NCBI GenBank assembly: GCA_028023455.1
Contig: JAQFVV010000003.1
Coordinates: 24,924,001-24,988,000, forward strand
Length of the DNA stretch: 64,000 nt
Reading direction: 5' to 3'
From: Epiperipatus broadwayi
Taxonomy: Eukaryota; Animalia; Onychophora
Both the position numbers and the translations under genes were made by a program. The notes below the pieces were generated by a model. The model saw only the letters and a list, made by a program, of their open reading frames with translations. It made no database searches and was not told where the DNA came from. This document shows, piece by piece, positions 15,520-29,508 of this stretch (positions are counted from its first letter, which is position 1; the number at the start of each line of letters is the position of its first letter).

Positions 15520-16015
15520 TTATAATTATTTATTAAGCACACAAGAAATATATGTAAATACCTTTAAGACAGGCTTTAACCTGTATCAAATGTACCTTGC
15601 AATTTATAATAGTCAAGCAATATCTTTTATTTTGCTGATAGAAGGATCTCTCAAACCATGACACAAGATAGCGACTTTTATAAAGATAAGAGTGGCTGCC
15701 TTATCTTTAACTAACTTTCCACTTATGTAGACCAATCTAAAGCATCTTGATTTGGGAGCGTGAAGCTGTTGTTCTCCACTGTTTAAATCCACTATTTCCT
15801 TTACAAATTAATATTCACATAATCTTGTGATTTACAAGTTAATATTACGATCTTTATACTGAAAATATATAAAGTGTTGAAGAGTTATAATTATTTATTA
15901 AGTGCACAAGAAGAATATGTAAATACTTTTAAGACAGGCAATAACCTGTATCAATTGCACCTTGAAATTTATAATAGTCAAGCAATATCTTTTATTTTGC
16001 TGATAGAGGGACCTC
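15520..16015. repeat. Family C: ~1.4 tandem monomers, period 365 nt
   Basis: TTATAATTATTTATTAAG...GATAGA(A/G)GGA recurs at 15520 and 15885. Confidence 0.8.
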
Positions 16016-16329
16016 TTGTAAACAAAGCATGAGTTATTATTTATTAATTTACACCATCTGCTAAAAATCTTGAAACAAAATATAGCAGATGCAAAAAGCT
16101 TAACAAAAAATTTTTTTTCTTTAATTTCTAAGGGACTAATCTTTGACTGACATATCTGCATTTTTGACTTTTGTTTACAATTTTAAAAATGAAGTTTTTA
16201 TAGAGATGTAATATTTTTTAACTTATATAGAATTTTATATTTAAAAAAAAATATGAAAAAAATGAAACTATAACATCTTTTTTTCCCTAAAGGAGGTGAG
16301 CCGATATCATTTTATTGTAAATATTATAT

Positions 16330-18725
16330 TAATGCTACTAATACTATGTATGAAAAGTTTGTAGAAAATTTCCAAGATGTATATAATGAGTCACAAAAAA
16401 TTATTGTGATTAAAAATAATAATAAAAACATTCATATCAAAAGATAAATAAAAAAATATTGTCATTAATACAAGAAAAAAAAAACATGGAAAGAATGTAA
16501 AAAAAGTAAACAAAATCATGATTTATGTCTTAAATGTCTGATAAGAGCAAAGAAATGATTGTTTTATAATAATTTTTTTAATAAAAATAGAGGTGACTTT
16601 AAAAAAAGTTGGAGAAATACAAATGGAATATTGTTAAGGAAATCAAATTCTATAAATGATGAAGATTTAAAAAAATATTTTAATATAAATGTTAGTTTTC
16701 TTCTAGCAAATACTTTTAATGATATATTTGTAGAAAGAATTAACAAAGTAATAAAATTAATCATGATAATAATATTTTGAAAACATATAATAGTCAATCT
16801 CATTCAATATTTATGCCAAATTTAAATAAAGAAGATTTATATGAAATAATAAAAGAATATAGAGTTAATATAAACCTAGGTATAGATACAATCAGAATGG
16901 TAGCCATAAAAAATAATATTAACATTCTATCAGATGTTATAATTTATGTGATTACTAAATAATAGAAAGTAGTGAGTTTCCTGCATTATTAAAAATAAAT
17001 CTATAGAAAGATCAGTTTATAAATCTGGTGCTAAAAATAATTTTAATAACTATAGAGCTATATCTATTCTTCTTTCAATTGCTAAAATAACAGAAAAATA
17101 TATTTATAAAATAATTTAAAAAATTTTAACTAAAAATATTTTTTTTAATAAACCCTATGGATTCTTAGAAAGAAGAAATGCAATTATATTATTAGAAAAT
17201 TTTACAGATAAAATTAACAATGCATTAAATGATAAAAAATATGTAACTAATTTTTTTAGATTTTTGTAAGGTTTTTGATATTATTAAGTATAAGCAATTG
17301 ATTCAGTTTACAAAATTGTGGAGTTAGAGGAAAATTGCTCAGTTTTTTTTTTTTTTAAATTACTTAAATAATAGATATGTTGTATCAAAAATATCAAATA
17401 GATTGAGTAATAAGCAAAAAAATTATATGGTGAGTCTCAAGATTCTATACTTAGCACATTGCCATTTTTGATTTTCATAAATGATATAGGTAATATTAAT
17501 ATTGAAGGATCAATATACAGATGATATCTAAATTACCTTTTAGTGCTTTGAGAAAGGAATTTATATAAATGGAGAAAAAATAAAATGTATGTTGATATAC
17601 TCTCCTCATATGAAATATAAAAAATTGAAATACAACTGCATTCATATGAGTGTACATTTGTGTCATATCTGACCCTGTCTTTAGAAATGGACTATTCCAG
17701 ATTCCTTATCTGATTGGCTAGCACCCAGTTGCTATCCAATGGGATTAAATACTTCACTGGGGTTCGCACACCAAATCTGCATGTTTCCAATAAGGTAGGG
17801 AATCTGCCATTAAATAGTCAGCTTTTTGGAGGCAAGGCAGAGAGCAATTACTTCTGTCAACCTGAATGACTGAATGTGCTCTCTAATAACCCTCTGCCAT
17901 CATCAAGGGCACTAGCTCTCTCTAGTCATTAACATGATGCCCATGCAGTGAGACAAGTCCACACAGGGATTGGAAACTGCTACATCCGCAACCAACTCGA
18001 GGAAGGCTGTTCAATGCAGCTGGAAGAGTCTTACCAGAGCTCACGAGGCAGGCTACTTAGATAGCTGAAAGTGAGTTCCATTACTTAGCATGACCACCTC
18101 AGCATTCAATTGTATAAACTATATTTATTCATTTGCTTAACTAACATGTGTATTTTTTTTTGTAACTAATAAATTATACATATTAATTGTTGAGTAATTG
18201 TCATCATTTATCTGTTGATTTGGAACCGAACCTTTAAGCCTAACCAAACACAATAGATCAATTTGACAGTAATGTAATATGTAATGATAATAATTGTATA
18301 AAAGTAGAATAGGTAAAATGTATTAGATATTTTTAAATGATGACAGATGAAAAAATGTTTTAGTAACATCATATAAACATACTAATTAATAAATGTAGAT
18401 ATTTTATAATAATTTTCTACAAAATCAAATATATTTTTCCTTTAAATATTTTTATTGTTATATATAAATCTTTGTGTGAAACTTTACTGGGATATGGAAT
18501 AATGCTTTATGGTTTGCAAGCTTTTCTTATATTAATAGATTAGCATTACTGCAAAAAATAATAATTGATCTAATAGAAAAAAATATATCAATAAAAAAAA
18601 AGGGTATAAAAATAATATTTTATAATTCAATCAACCACTGGATTATATAATTATAGAGAAAAAAAAATTGTTAGTACTTTCAAAAACCCTTATATAAAAC
18701 ATTTTGAAATGTGTCTAAGGAAAAT
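16330..18725 (+). mobile_element. Second decayed copy of the same CR1/Jockey-like LINE, interrupted by a solo-LTR-like insert
   Basis: Collinear with 3660-5580 (for example MKTYNSQSHSIFM in both ORF-track entries, 4217 and 16777). Confidence 0.75.
17661..18268 (+). mobile_element. Solo-LTR-like insertion (608 bp)
   Basis: Starts TGTCATAT and ends ATTTGACA (TG...CA, 7/8 inverted match); GC-richer than flanks; CCAAT motifs and AATAAA; splits the LINE relic. No clean TSD seen. Confidence 0.5.
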
Positions 18726-18731
18726 AGATAT

Positions 18732-19292
18732 TAATGTGATGTGAAATTTGATTTTTAAACGGAATTGAAAATTAAAGACAAAAATAAGAATTTAATTTTT
18801 AGTTGTTAGTTTCATAAACAATTAATAAAATCATCCTCTCAAAGATTAGTTACTAATTACGTTGTCACCAGAAAACCATTGACACAACATGAGTGTGAAG
18901 TTAGCGCTAGTTGTTTGCAAATGAAAGTGTTTTTCGGCAAATAGCTATAATAATTAAAACGTGCATAAAAAATGTAAATTACTGTACTATAAATTATGCA
19001 TAAAAATATATTATTTTGAATAAAATTAAATATTATAGTTAAAAAAAGTTTGTCTTGTATCAATTTTTTTCAAATTTGAAATTTTTTATTAGTCATATTT
19101 TATTTCCTTATTTTTTTTTTTTTGCGCGAATTTTAAAGTAATTTTACGTTGGTGCTTTGCTTTTACGTGAATTTTGAAAAATCACAGACAGCATCCCCCC
19201 TTTTTCAATGTAAGTTATGTCTATTTCTGCGCGATTTCGTTTGTGCGTGTTTTCTGAGGAACCTATCTATCATGTAAAACGAGACCCAGGTG
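18732..19292 (+). mobile_element. Tigger-like 3' end fused to a fragment of the same hAT MITE
   Basis: 18732-18822 matches 29861-29958; ~18960-19292 matches ~30300-30591; ends GAGACCCAGGTG|TA; retains many CpGs. Confidence 0.65.
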
Positions 19293-19299
19293 TATTCTC

Positions 19300-19750
19300 T
19301 ATAAAATCTTCAAAGACAACCAAGAAATGGAATGTCCTTTTCCAATAGAGAAGGTGGCTCCTACAGATTGGCCCCCTCCAAAATGGCACAAACTTTGGAT
19401 TGAACAACAAGGGTCTTACATCCAGATGCTATTCCAAAATAAACTGGCCTATTGGCAAGCCTTTCAACTGGTTTATGAGGAAAAAACTAAAACAGCTAAT
19501 CTTCTCCTTATTGGAGTATCGCGTTTTACAAAGATGACTAAAAACTGCTTAAGCTTGGCCCCAAGGTTGTCGATTTTCTCCTGAAGGTCAATCTTGGATC
19601 TGTACCTATGGTAGCCTTCCTCTGTTATCAAAGGAGATATAACATTAACCCCATATGCCCCCTATGCTTCAGATCAGAAGGATCCATAGCCCATATTCTT
19701 GACCAGATGGAAAAGAATCAACAAATCAGACTCTGCTAGTATATCACTAA
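19300..19750 (+). pseudogene. Degenerate coding-like fragment, possibly a non-LTR retrotransposon C-terminus
   Basis: GC-richer segment with an 85-aa ORF (WHKLW...) followed in another frame by NPICPLCFRSEGSIAHIL (CxxC...H zinc-knuckle-like). Confidence 0.3.
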
Positions 19751-22700
19751 AATATATTAGAACAGATCAGGCTCACCACAATGATAATGTTTTCAATCTG
19801 GTCCATCAGATGCAAAGTCATTTTTAACAAGGGGTCCAATTGCTCAATTGATGAACTATTCTTAAGAATCCACAAATTAAAGGAGGAAGATATATGAACG
19901 TGTCAGCCAGGATTAGTGGATCAGACTTGGGGCCAGATAACTCTTTACTCTTATAATGGTCCCAGATGCTATAGCCCAAGAGTCTGCTCCAGAATTTAAA
20001 TGCCTTATTGATGCAGTTCAGGATTGGAATTACCAGAATACTTAACAATCAATCTTATGGACTCAGTAATTATGAAATGTCTCTTTGATGTACTGTACCT
20101 TTCATTGTTTGTATTTAACACTCATGTTTTGTGATCAGGTTAACAGTAATTGAATGATTTAATTGTACTAGACCTAAATATAGAAGCAACTAAATTGAAT
20201 TTTGAAAGGAATAAGTAAATACACATAAAAACAGTAACTGGTATGCATGATAAAAATAGTATATGTTATTGTTTCACAAATGTCTTCAATTTATTTTACA
20301 TAAGTATATGAAGTTTAGTAGCAATTTATTCTTGTTTATATAAATGGTTTTCAATTTGTTTATTTTTTCAGAGGGATATAAAAAAGTAATTATAAGGAAA
20401 TTTATAAAACAAATTTAATATTTAAAACAAACTTTAGTAAATAAAAAGAGTATAAGAGATTGTACATTCCAGGTATTTATTTCTTTATTTATTTTATTAT
20501 TGTTTATTTACTTATTGTTTCATTGTTAATTTGATTTGTATCATTCTTTATTCTTCTATATATTGCAATAAAAATTTATTTGTCATTATCAATTGTCATG
20601 ATGGTCTTTAGTTTCAATTTCAGTTATGTATTTACTTTATTTTGAATTTATTGTGTATCTGTATATGATAGATATTATGGTGGGTTTATAACATTAGTTC
20701 ATCGTAGTGTGGAGATCATAAAGATAATGTAACAAGGTAAAAAAAATAGCATGAATATTTAATGGGTGCAACTCTCCTTGCATGGTACTCATAATTTAGA
20801 AATTTTTGCAAGTTGAAATGAATTGTAATTAATTTTTTAGTTAATAGACTTTATTTACCATTACAATATATATATAAACACATACATTTAATGCATGAGA
20901 TTATTCTCTTGTATATAATTGACCTGCTCTCTAACACGGATAATTTGTGCAATAAGAGACCAGCCAGCCATCTTTTACATATTTTATATTGTTAAATAGA
21001 GAATTATTGCAAACAATTTCATCCACAGGAATGAGTATTAAATCAATCAAAATATATTGTGTATTAATTTAAGTCAATTGATATTTTTAATTTATGGAGC
21101 AGTGTTATTTCTACTCACTTTTAAAACTCTGAAAATAAAGGTTCAAATGATGAATATATAATGATAAACAATTATGGTTAGAGAACAGATCAGAAATTTT
21201 AACATCATGTATTATGTATATTAGATATTATAATTTATATACTCATAATTTGAAATATTATTTGCAGCTTTAAAAATGAATAGTAATAGTTCTATTCCAT
21301 AAATTAAAAATATCAATTGATTAAAATTAATATGCTTCATTGAGTTAACATTCACTTCTTTGGCTGAAGTTGTTCATGACAATCCTGTATATAACAATAT
21401 AAAGGGCAATAAGAGACATTGTATAAATTATTGAAACTGAGGCTAGAAGGCTGATCAATTAGTTGTAGTAACAGTGCTTCAAGAGAATAATCTTGTACAT
21501 TATATATATATAAGACACTACAATTGTTTATCATTACATATATATATATATATTCTGCTTGTTAAAATTATTTTTACATTGGTGCAGTATAAAAATTTTC
21601 CAATTAGTTTTTCCTCTAACTTTATTAAATAATGATAATATAACTATTATATACTAATTCAATAATTTCTATATATTAAACACTTATTTAATGCATCAAT
21701 TAGAACAGCATTGAAAAATAAATATTTACTGACTTTTTTATTCATTCACTTTTTTGTTGTGATTCCCCATCCCCCACTTATCTCTAATAGTGTTCAATGA
21801 GTTTGGCAATTAAATGTATCCTTTTTAAAAAAAAATCAACCACAGTATGTTTTTTTTTTAAAAAAAAAGTTAGGAGTTAAAGTTTTGAATTGCTATTGTC
21901 TAAAAAAAAAAAAAAACCACCAATTAAATCGAATTGTTAAATTTAAAAAAAAACAAACAGAAACATGACAATCATATTAATTGGGCTTATTAATTTACAT
22001 GCATTTAGGTTTTTTTTTTTTTTAATTATATTTTCAAATGTGTGCAAATTATTTATTATATTGTGTTAATTATTATGTTTTAAGGTGTATATATCCAAGG
22101 TCAATATATAAAAAAGAAAATTTCTTCTAAAATAAGTCTGGAAAACACAAAAATTTTGATATGTCCCCTCATAATTTTGTCCGAATTTTTGAAATAAAAC
22201 TTGGGGGGGGGGGTCAATTTTAAAGAGACATAAGTGGGGTTTTTTTTTTTTGGGGGGGGGGGGTAACCAGCTCATAGACAATTTATAACATTAATCACTA
22301 AATGGCAAGCCTGGTAATGCATTCTTTTTCAATATTTGCCTATGTCTGTAGGGTCAGGTAGAATTGGATAATGCTGGAGAGGTTTTTGCCTTACAATGGA
22401 ATATTAACAAACTGTTTTACTTTATTTGATTTACAAGTGTTATATTTTCAGTATTCACAACTTTAACACCATCTACTTTGGATAAATATACCTAGCTCAG
22501 ATAAATTAAAAATTAATATATCTGTATTTTACTTAAACATAAACAATGACAAATGTAAAAGATTGTGACCTGAGCCTTGTTCAGCATAAAATATGCCTTG
22601 AGGATTATTTGTCTTTAAATATCATTATACATATGCTTCAAGAATATGTTATGGAATGAAAATTTTAATCATATTTTAAATATATATATATATCAGAAAA

Positions 22701-23289
22701 ATAAATACATTGTACAAATGATTAAAAAATTAAATCATGTAATCTAATAACAAAAGACCAATCAACACCATGATTCATCTTTTCTTGTTTGAATTAAATT
22801 TGTATCTCTGAAATAATTAATTATACTTAAATCAGCTGTTATATTAAACTACCATGACAAATATATTTTCCAAATATTTTCATTTATTTAATTCACTTAA
22901 AAAATAGTTTTTTTAAATTTATTTTAATGTTTGAAAGACTTTGGAAAAATAGTTTTTGGTAAATTCAATATTCATTCAATATACCATAGGAAATGATTTT
23001 CCATCGGTATTAACATACCTTATTTAAAGTTCTAATGTTATAACATAGAATTCTACTAATAATATTATGTCTATTTTATCTGGTGAAAATTTGTACATTT
23101 GGTTGATAGATGTCAATGTATAATAAGTTTTTACAATAATTCAAAAAATCATCTAAACATAAAAATTTAAAGTATGATGTACAAAATTCAGTAAAATTTT
23201 GTTCATTTCAATATATAGTTTTTAAATATGAAAATTGTTTATTTTAAACATGAAACATAAAATTTCAGAGTATTTAAATAAAATTATCA

Positions 23290-24600
23290 TTAATATAAAA
23301 AATAGAGGCTAGAAATAAATATAACTAAAACAAGATATATATACATTGAAAGAAAATAGCAGGATATACTATTGAAAGATAGATAATAGGACAGAAAATG
23401 TGAAGAATATAAATATCTTGGCATGAAGATCACATAAAAAGTAACCACAGATAAAGCTATAACAGAAAAAAATATACTGGTAAAAAAACTATAATAATGA
23501 ATAAATGAGATATGTTAAGATCAATAAATGATAAATATATGACATATTACTGAAAATAATAGAAATGAGGTTTGCAGATTGAAGAGAAAATGGAACTGGA
23601 ATTGATGGTTATAGAAATGGCTTACTGTTGAAAATCTGCACAAAGATCAAAGAGAGAGAAAGACTGCATATGCATTAAAAGAATTTAAGAAATAATAAAT
23701 AATAAACACCTATAATAAAAGAAATCAGAACAAGACAATTGTTATAATGTGAATATGTACAAAGAAAGAGAAAAGAGGCTGTACAAACAAAGGATACAAC
23801 AGAAATAATGAGAATAATAATTGAGAAATATATATATTGAAAAAGGATGTAAAGCTAATTTATGCTTTATAGATCCTCAGAAAGCATTTGATAGAATGAA
23901 ATAGATTGTTCAATTGGATATTTTGAAATCTAAGACATGGATTGAACAAAGAGATGATTATTGGATTATTGTTACAGGAATCTAAAAATATTTACACATT
24001 AGATATAGGTATGAAAGGTTACAGATAAGATATGCTAATTCTCCAATGTGTGTTTAGCATTTACTTAAATAAATTACAAATGAATGCTATTTGATAAGGC
24101 TGGAGTTGGTATTGGAAGTAGAAAAGTTTAATGCATCAATTTTTATATGAAGTTACTATTGAAAATAATGCAGATTCTGAGAATAAACCTAGCAAAATGT
24201 TAAGCAGATTCATAAAAATTATAGAAAATGAAAAAGAAAAATCAAGATATCTAAGTTAAAAATAATGATTATAGTTAAAAATGATAAAAAATAAACAATG
24301 ACAATTGAGTGAAAAGTTTAAAAGCTAGATTATGCTTTTAGACATTTTGGGAAGTTGTTAGTGGTTTTAATAAAAAAGTGAAGATTGTTTTGAGTCTCAG
24401 AATTTGTAAAAAAAAAAAAAAAAGTAAGCCAATAATCAGAAATAACTTTTGAATTATGAATTTTAAAAAAAATGGTGGCGATAGATTATAAGAATAGAAT
24501 TAATAAAAATAAATTATTTTCTGAGAAAATTATGAACTAGAAGAGACATAAGATTGATCATATTCTTGGTACAGAGAAATTATAAAGAACATGTTCGAAG
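23290..24600 (+). mobile_element. Highly decayed LINE fragments (RTE/L2-like)
   Basis: Remnants EEYKYLG (~23400) and FID.QKAFDR (~23865). Order suggests two pieces. Confidence 0.4.
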
Positions 24601-25539
24601 AGATTTATAAGAAATAAGAAAAGTTGATTAGTGATCTAAAGAAATAATTCCCATCTTGTGTTCTTCAGATAGTATTTTAATGACATATTTAGGGAGTTTA
24701 TAATAAATTCAAGCACCAGAAGTGACAGAGCCTGATCCTTTAATTTATAGATTTTGAGTTCTGGAGTTTGCCATTCTACTATTGCACCAAATCACGTTTT
24801 CAGTGATCATATAATTGCAAGAAAATCAAGTCATATGTCATGTGACTTAATTTAATAATATTGTATTACAAATGTTATATAATGAATATCCTAGCACCTC
24901 ACTGATAAAGGCCAGCAGCCAAAAACTGATCTGATGATAGAGATATTCTGAAAGCTTGTTAAGGGCTATTGGCATGCTCATTATATAACAGTGATCATAT
25001 ATTATTGATGATACTTTGATAAAATGAAGAAACAATTTTTACATAAACAAACATCAATGAGAAATTATACTTTGTATTTGTTTAAAAATGTGCCTATTGT
25101 TATTTATATCTCTTTTATTGACAACAATAACACATTATACAAAAACTGGTGTTTCATTTACCATTTCCCATGCTCTGATATCTATAAGCCATTACCAGTG
25201 ATATCTCTTCACAAGTGTTTACAGCATTGCTATTTAAATGTCTAAAGGATATAGAAAAGCACAGAAGGTCATGTTGTATTACTTATCTAAGTAATAGATT
25301 CATATTTTTAATCATTAGTCACTGTATTTTAAGTTCTTTGCCTGAAGGCAGACTGAGTAATTAAGCGATAGAGAATTTTGACAGATAATACTTGATCATG
25401 GCAAATAGTAGACTGTTAATGCTTATCACACTTTTAAGAAATGGCAATAATTTTTACAGAAAATGTTATGTCATATGAATTATTTACAGAAAGGTATAAT
25501 TTTCATCATTTTGATAATATTTTAGAGCTGTATCATAAA

Positions 25540-26130
25540 CATTAATAAGTAAATAATAATGGTATTGATGAATTAGAAGAAGCTAACAACTACAAATATC
25601 TCGGTCAGATTATTAACATATGGAAACATAATGAATGAAGTAAATCACAGAATTAAACTTAAATGGAATATTTTTGATAGTAATAACTTAATATAAAAAG
25701 GTCTATCTGTTTAAAATATAAAAAATTTTAATAGATGTGTTTTTCCAATTCTTCCTTATGGATCTGGCAGTTGAACAATTAACAGGAGAATAATATTGAG
25801 ACTCCAGACCACGTAATGAAATATGATGATATATATGTTGGGGGTATCAAGTGGAGATCAAAGGTAAAATACATGTGTGAGAGAACAAACACGTGTTATT
25901 CACATCATTGAAAGAAATAAAAGATTGAAGTGAAACTGGGCTGGACATATTGTTAGAAAAGATGACTTACACTGCATTCCAAGAGATTATAAAAAAACCT
26001 AGAAAGAGACTATACATGAGATAGATGAATAAAATGAGGAAGTATGTTGAGATGTTGTGGAGAAGAAAGGCTAGAGCCAAGAAACTTGAAAAGATCTTTA
26101 TCCTGCAGTGGATTGATAATAGTTGAAAAT
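25540..26130 (+). mobile_element. Degenerate RTE 3' fragment
   Basis: Recognisable remnants of ELEE..YKYLGQII, NHRIKL, LKWNWAGHI, ILQWIDN with frameshifts and stops. Boundaries approximate. Confidence 0.75.
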
Positions 26131-26348
26131 GATACTATGTTGTCATATTACTATTAATCAAAAGCTGATAATAGAAATAATGTTTTTGTTAGCCATATAG
26201 TACAAGCAGTATATATGTTTGAATATATTAACAATAAAATTATATTAGATATGCACATAATTCTATTGAGCATTTTAAGCCTAAACAGCTGTCAAGTATC
26301 AAGCCAATTCTTAAATTAATTTCTCATTTTCCACTTATCAATAGTTTA

Positions 26349-26722
26349 AATATAGGGATTTGAACTCAGACTTTCAAGCAACTCCAAATCTCATACTATT
26401 AATACACATTACCACACACATGTAGAAAAGATAAATAATCACCAATATACATATTTCGTGCTGAACCAGCACTCATCAGTTGGTCCAGATTATCATCTCC
26501 CATATATATAATCAGTGCTCAGTTTATATTAAGATAGCAAATCTTTATACTTTAATGGACCAGGCTTCAATCTACTCCAAATCTTCAGCCACCCATATCA
26601 TTGAAAATCTGATGATAGAATACCCAAATCCCATGCTGATGCCAATATTATTGTTATGCCTATGTTGATCTCAAGTCATTCTGACTCCTCATATATAGGA
26701 CAGTATTGCCTGTATTTCAAAT
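26349..26722 (-). mobile_element. Hammerhead family A insertion (374 bp)
   Basis: 15-bp TSD CTTATCAATAGTTTA (26334-26348, 26723-26737); body, hammerhead and tRNA-like 3' module; homologous to 42272-42625 and 46151-47111. Confidence 0.8.
26441..26484 (-). ncRNA. Type I hammerhead ribozyme motif, intact core (family A)
   Basis: ACCAA-CTGATGA-GTGCTG GTT CAGCAC-GAAA-TATGTA-TA-TTGGT. Stem I continues past a UGG bulge (ATAATC/GATTAT). Predicted AUA cleavage. Confidence 0.8.
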
Positions 26723-29508
26723 CTTATCAATAGTTTATAAATAAAAAGATTATAAAAAATTAATAAATATGCATATTTATATATAAATATAATAGTGCAA
26801 TATAAATTAAATTCCATAATTATAATCATTTTATGCATTAATATATATGCCTCAGGCATAGAGAAAAATGATCAAAAATACTCATTACTTACATCCTTAA
26901 ATGCATTTTTAATGCAAATCATCTTTTCAAAAGCCAGACATTTAAAAAAATAATATGTTGAATCACTACTGCAAGAAATAATATATATTTTAATGTAAGT
27001 AAACATGCTCCAAATTGTATTCAATTGAACATTGTTAGATTTTTTATTCACCACTGAGACTGAATTACTAATAAATCAAGCCTTTTTTATTTTCGATTTC
27101 ATATCAACTTGTTCACTGCAAACTACCCTTACATTCTTAGTATCATTATATGACCACACATTCGTTCATGCTCTAAAAACAGGATTGACACAATAAGATT
27201 CTTTTTAGTTGTGTTATATGGATATACATATATTAGTTTACTTTCATATAAATGCTTGTCCTTAATTCTCTATAATAAACATATACACATCTTTGAGTTT
27301 GGCATTTGATCATATATATGATTTGTAAGCATTCTTTTAGGTCTATTTTATCTCATATATATATAAAATATATGGAAAATATATTTTTAATATTTCTTAG
27401 TTCAATTTTAAACTTTAATATTATTAATCTATTTAATTTAAAATATATAAACTTACATCTCATATTATATATGTTTCATCTAAACTTTGGCCTCATTGGT
27501 TATGCTGGAGATCTAAAAATATCTTTAGATCTCTAGCATATTTTATCTATTATTCTGATGTGGTGAACAGATAAATATTCAGAGTTTCAGTATACTCAAT
27601 GAGGCTAGAATGTAACTGAAATATAAGTGCATGCAGTAGGTAGGAGTTATTAATATTAAAGTTTAAATTTGCTTAAAGTTGCTAAAACATATTTCATATT
27701 TATTATATTTATGTCTTAAGCACTTATTAGTTATATATAGGTTATAATATTAAATCATCTATGTTCTTTATTACTGTTTTACAATAAAACCCACTATGAT
27801 AGATTAGATTGCACCAGCAATCTTCTTCAGAACTTCTATTTCCATTTCCATAATGTCATGAGTTATAATAAAAACATTGTCAAATAGTAATAAAGAGCAT
27901 AGATGATTTAATATTATATGGATTTGGCAATGCAGTAAGAAAGATAAAGTTATATATAGATTATATATAACACAACCAAAGTAGAATTCTTCTTTTTAGA
28001 AAATGTCAGATGTTTTTGTGCATAGAAGGTCATATATATCTAAAAGCTTTATTATTCAACTCTCAAGTTGTCATAAGTACCATCTATGGACATAAAATTA
28101 AAAATATTAAATTGCACTTCCCAATTTCCATTTTACTTCATCAGTGAAAAATGTATGTTTTTTTTTGCAGATTTCAAGCAACATTTTTTTTTTGCTTCAG
28201 GAAATCAGCCCACAACATTTCAAATAACTATCCAATTACTGGTCAATTAATAGATATCTAACTAAAAAAAAAAAAGAATATCTAAAATATATATATATAA
28301 ATTTTCCCATGAACATTAAGATTAGGCTAATAAAATTTTCTCCTTGACTATTTTATTGTATAAAAATATTGTTACATAAGTATATGAAGAACCTTATGTC
28401 ATAAATAATTAGTATAACCATTCACCATGGCCATGCTCTGAGGCTAAAATCCATCCAATTCATGGTGGTTAATAGGCATCTAGCTATTCTCAGGTAGATA
28501 TTTCAAATAAAAAAAAAAACAATATTATTAAGAGTTTAAAGTATACTTCACTGATTTTTTTCTATAAAGGAATGTTAGAAAGAATTTTATTTGCCATTAG
28601 ACTATTGTCACCTGTTAATAAATGAAAAGAATAGAATCATACTACCTAATCTTTTAGGTTTAATGGTATTTAAGTTTACATTTAGTTACATGTTACAATG
28701 AAGAGCATAAACTCTTGTCAAATGGCACAAACTATTTCTCAAATCACTATTAAGCATTTTGAGGATAAAGGCAACACCTCATTTTTAACAATATCTAAAT
28801 ATCAAATGTAATAATGTAATATCAGTTTTAGTAAATGTAAATATAAACAATCATAGTTTAATTTATATACATATATATAATAAAAATATCCACTGTTTAA
28901 TTTTAAGTGTGATATGTCTATGTCTTATTTTTGAATTTTCAAGATTAATTAGAATAGGAATTTATAAAATGTAATTTGTTAGAATATAATATTGTTAATG
29001 TATCCTTTTATCATACATATTTTTTTTTTTATAATGTTTAGATATTGATATCTGCCATAACTAAGGATTTTATTGTGAACAAATTGTACAATGAATTTTT
29101 TTTTTCATTACCTTGAGATTTATACAATGAAGCAAATGTTCCAAAAAAAAATATCTCTGTCATATTTTGTAAGGTTAAAGTTAACTGTTTATTTGTAACT
29201 TGCATAATAAAAATATTTTATACTTTTTTAAAAATTATTCTGTTGCATATATATAATAATTTTAATCGTAACTCTGAAAATCAAAATTAGAAAGCTGATA
29301 AACAATATCATGAAACATTTCCAAATGAACAAATTGTAAAAGTGTTGATAAATGCCAATTTTAGAATGAATGCCACTGATTGACATAAAATATGCATACA
29401 AAAGATATTTCAGTGATTCTGAAAAGCAGAGTTAAAAAGCTGATTAATATCATTAAAAAACAGTAATTTTCAAATAAAAAAGTGATAATAAAGTGATTTT
29501 TATTAGTA

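Noticed and set aside
22202-22263. G-runs as a G-quadruplex
   Set aside because: Homopolymer tracts of uncertain length within a repeat fragment, with long spacers.
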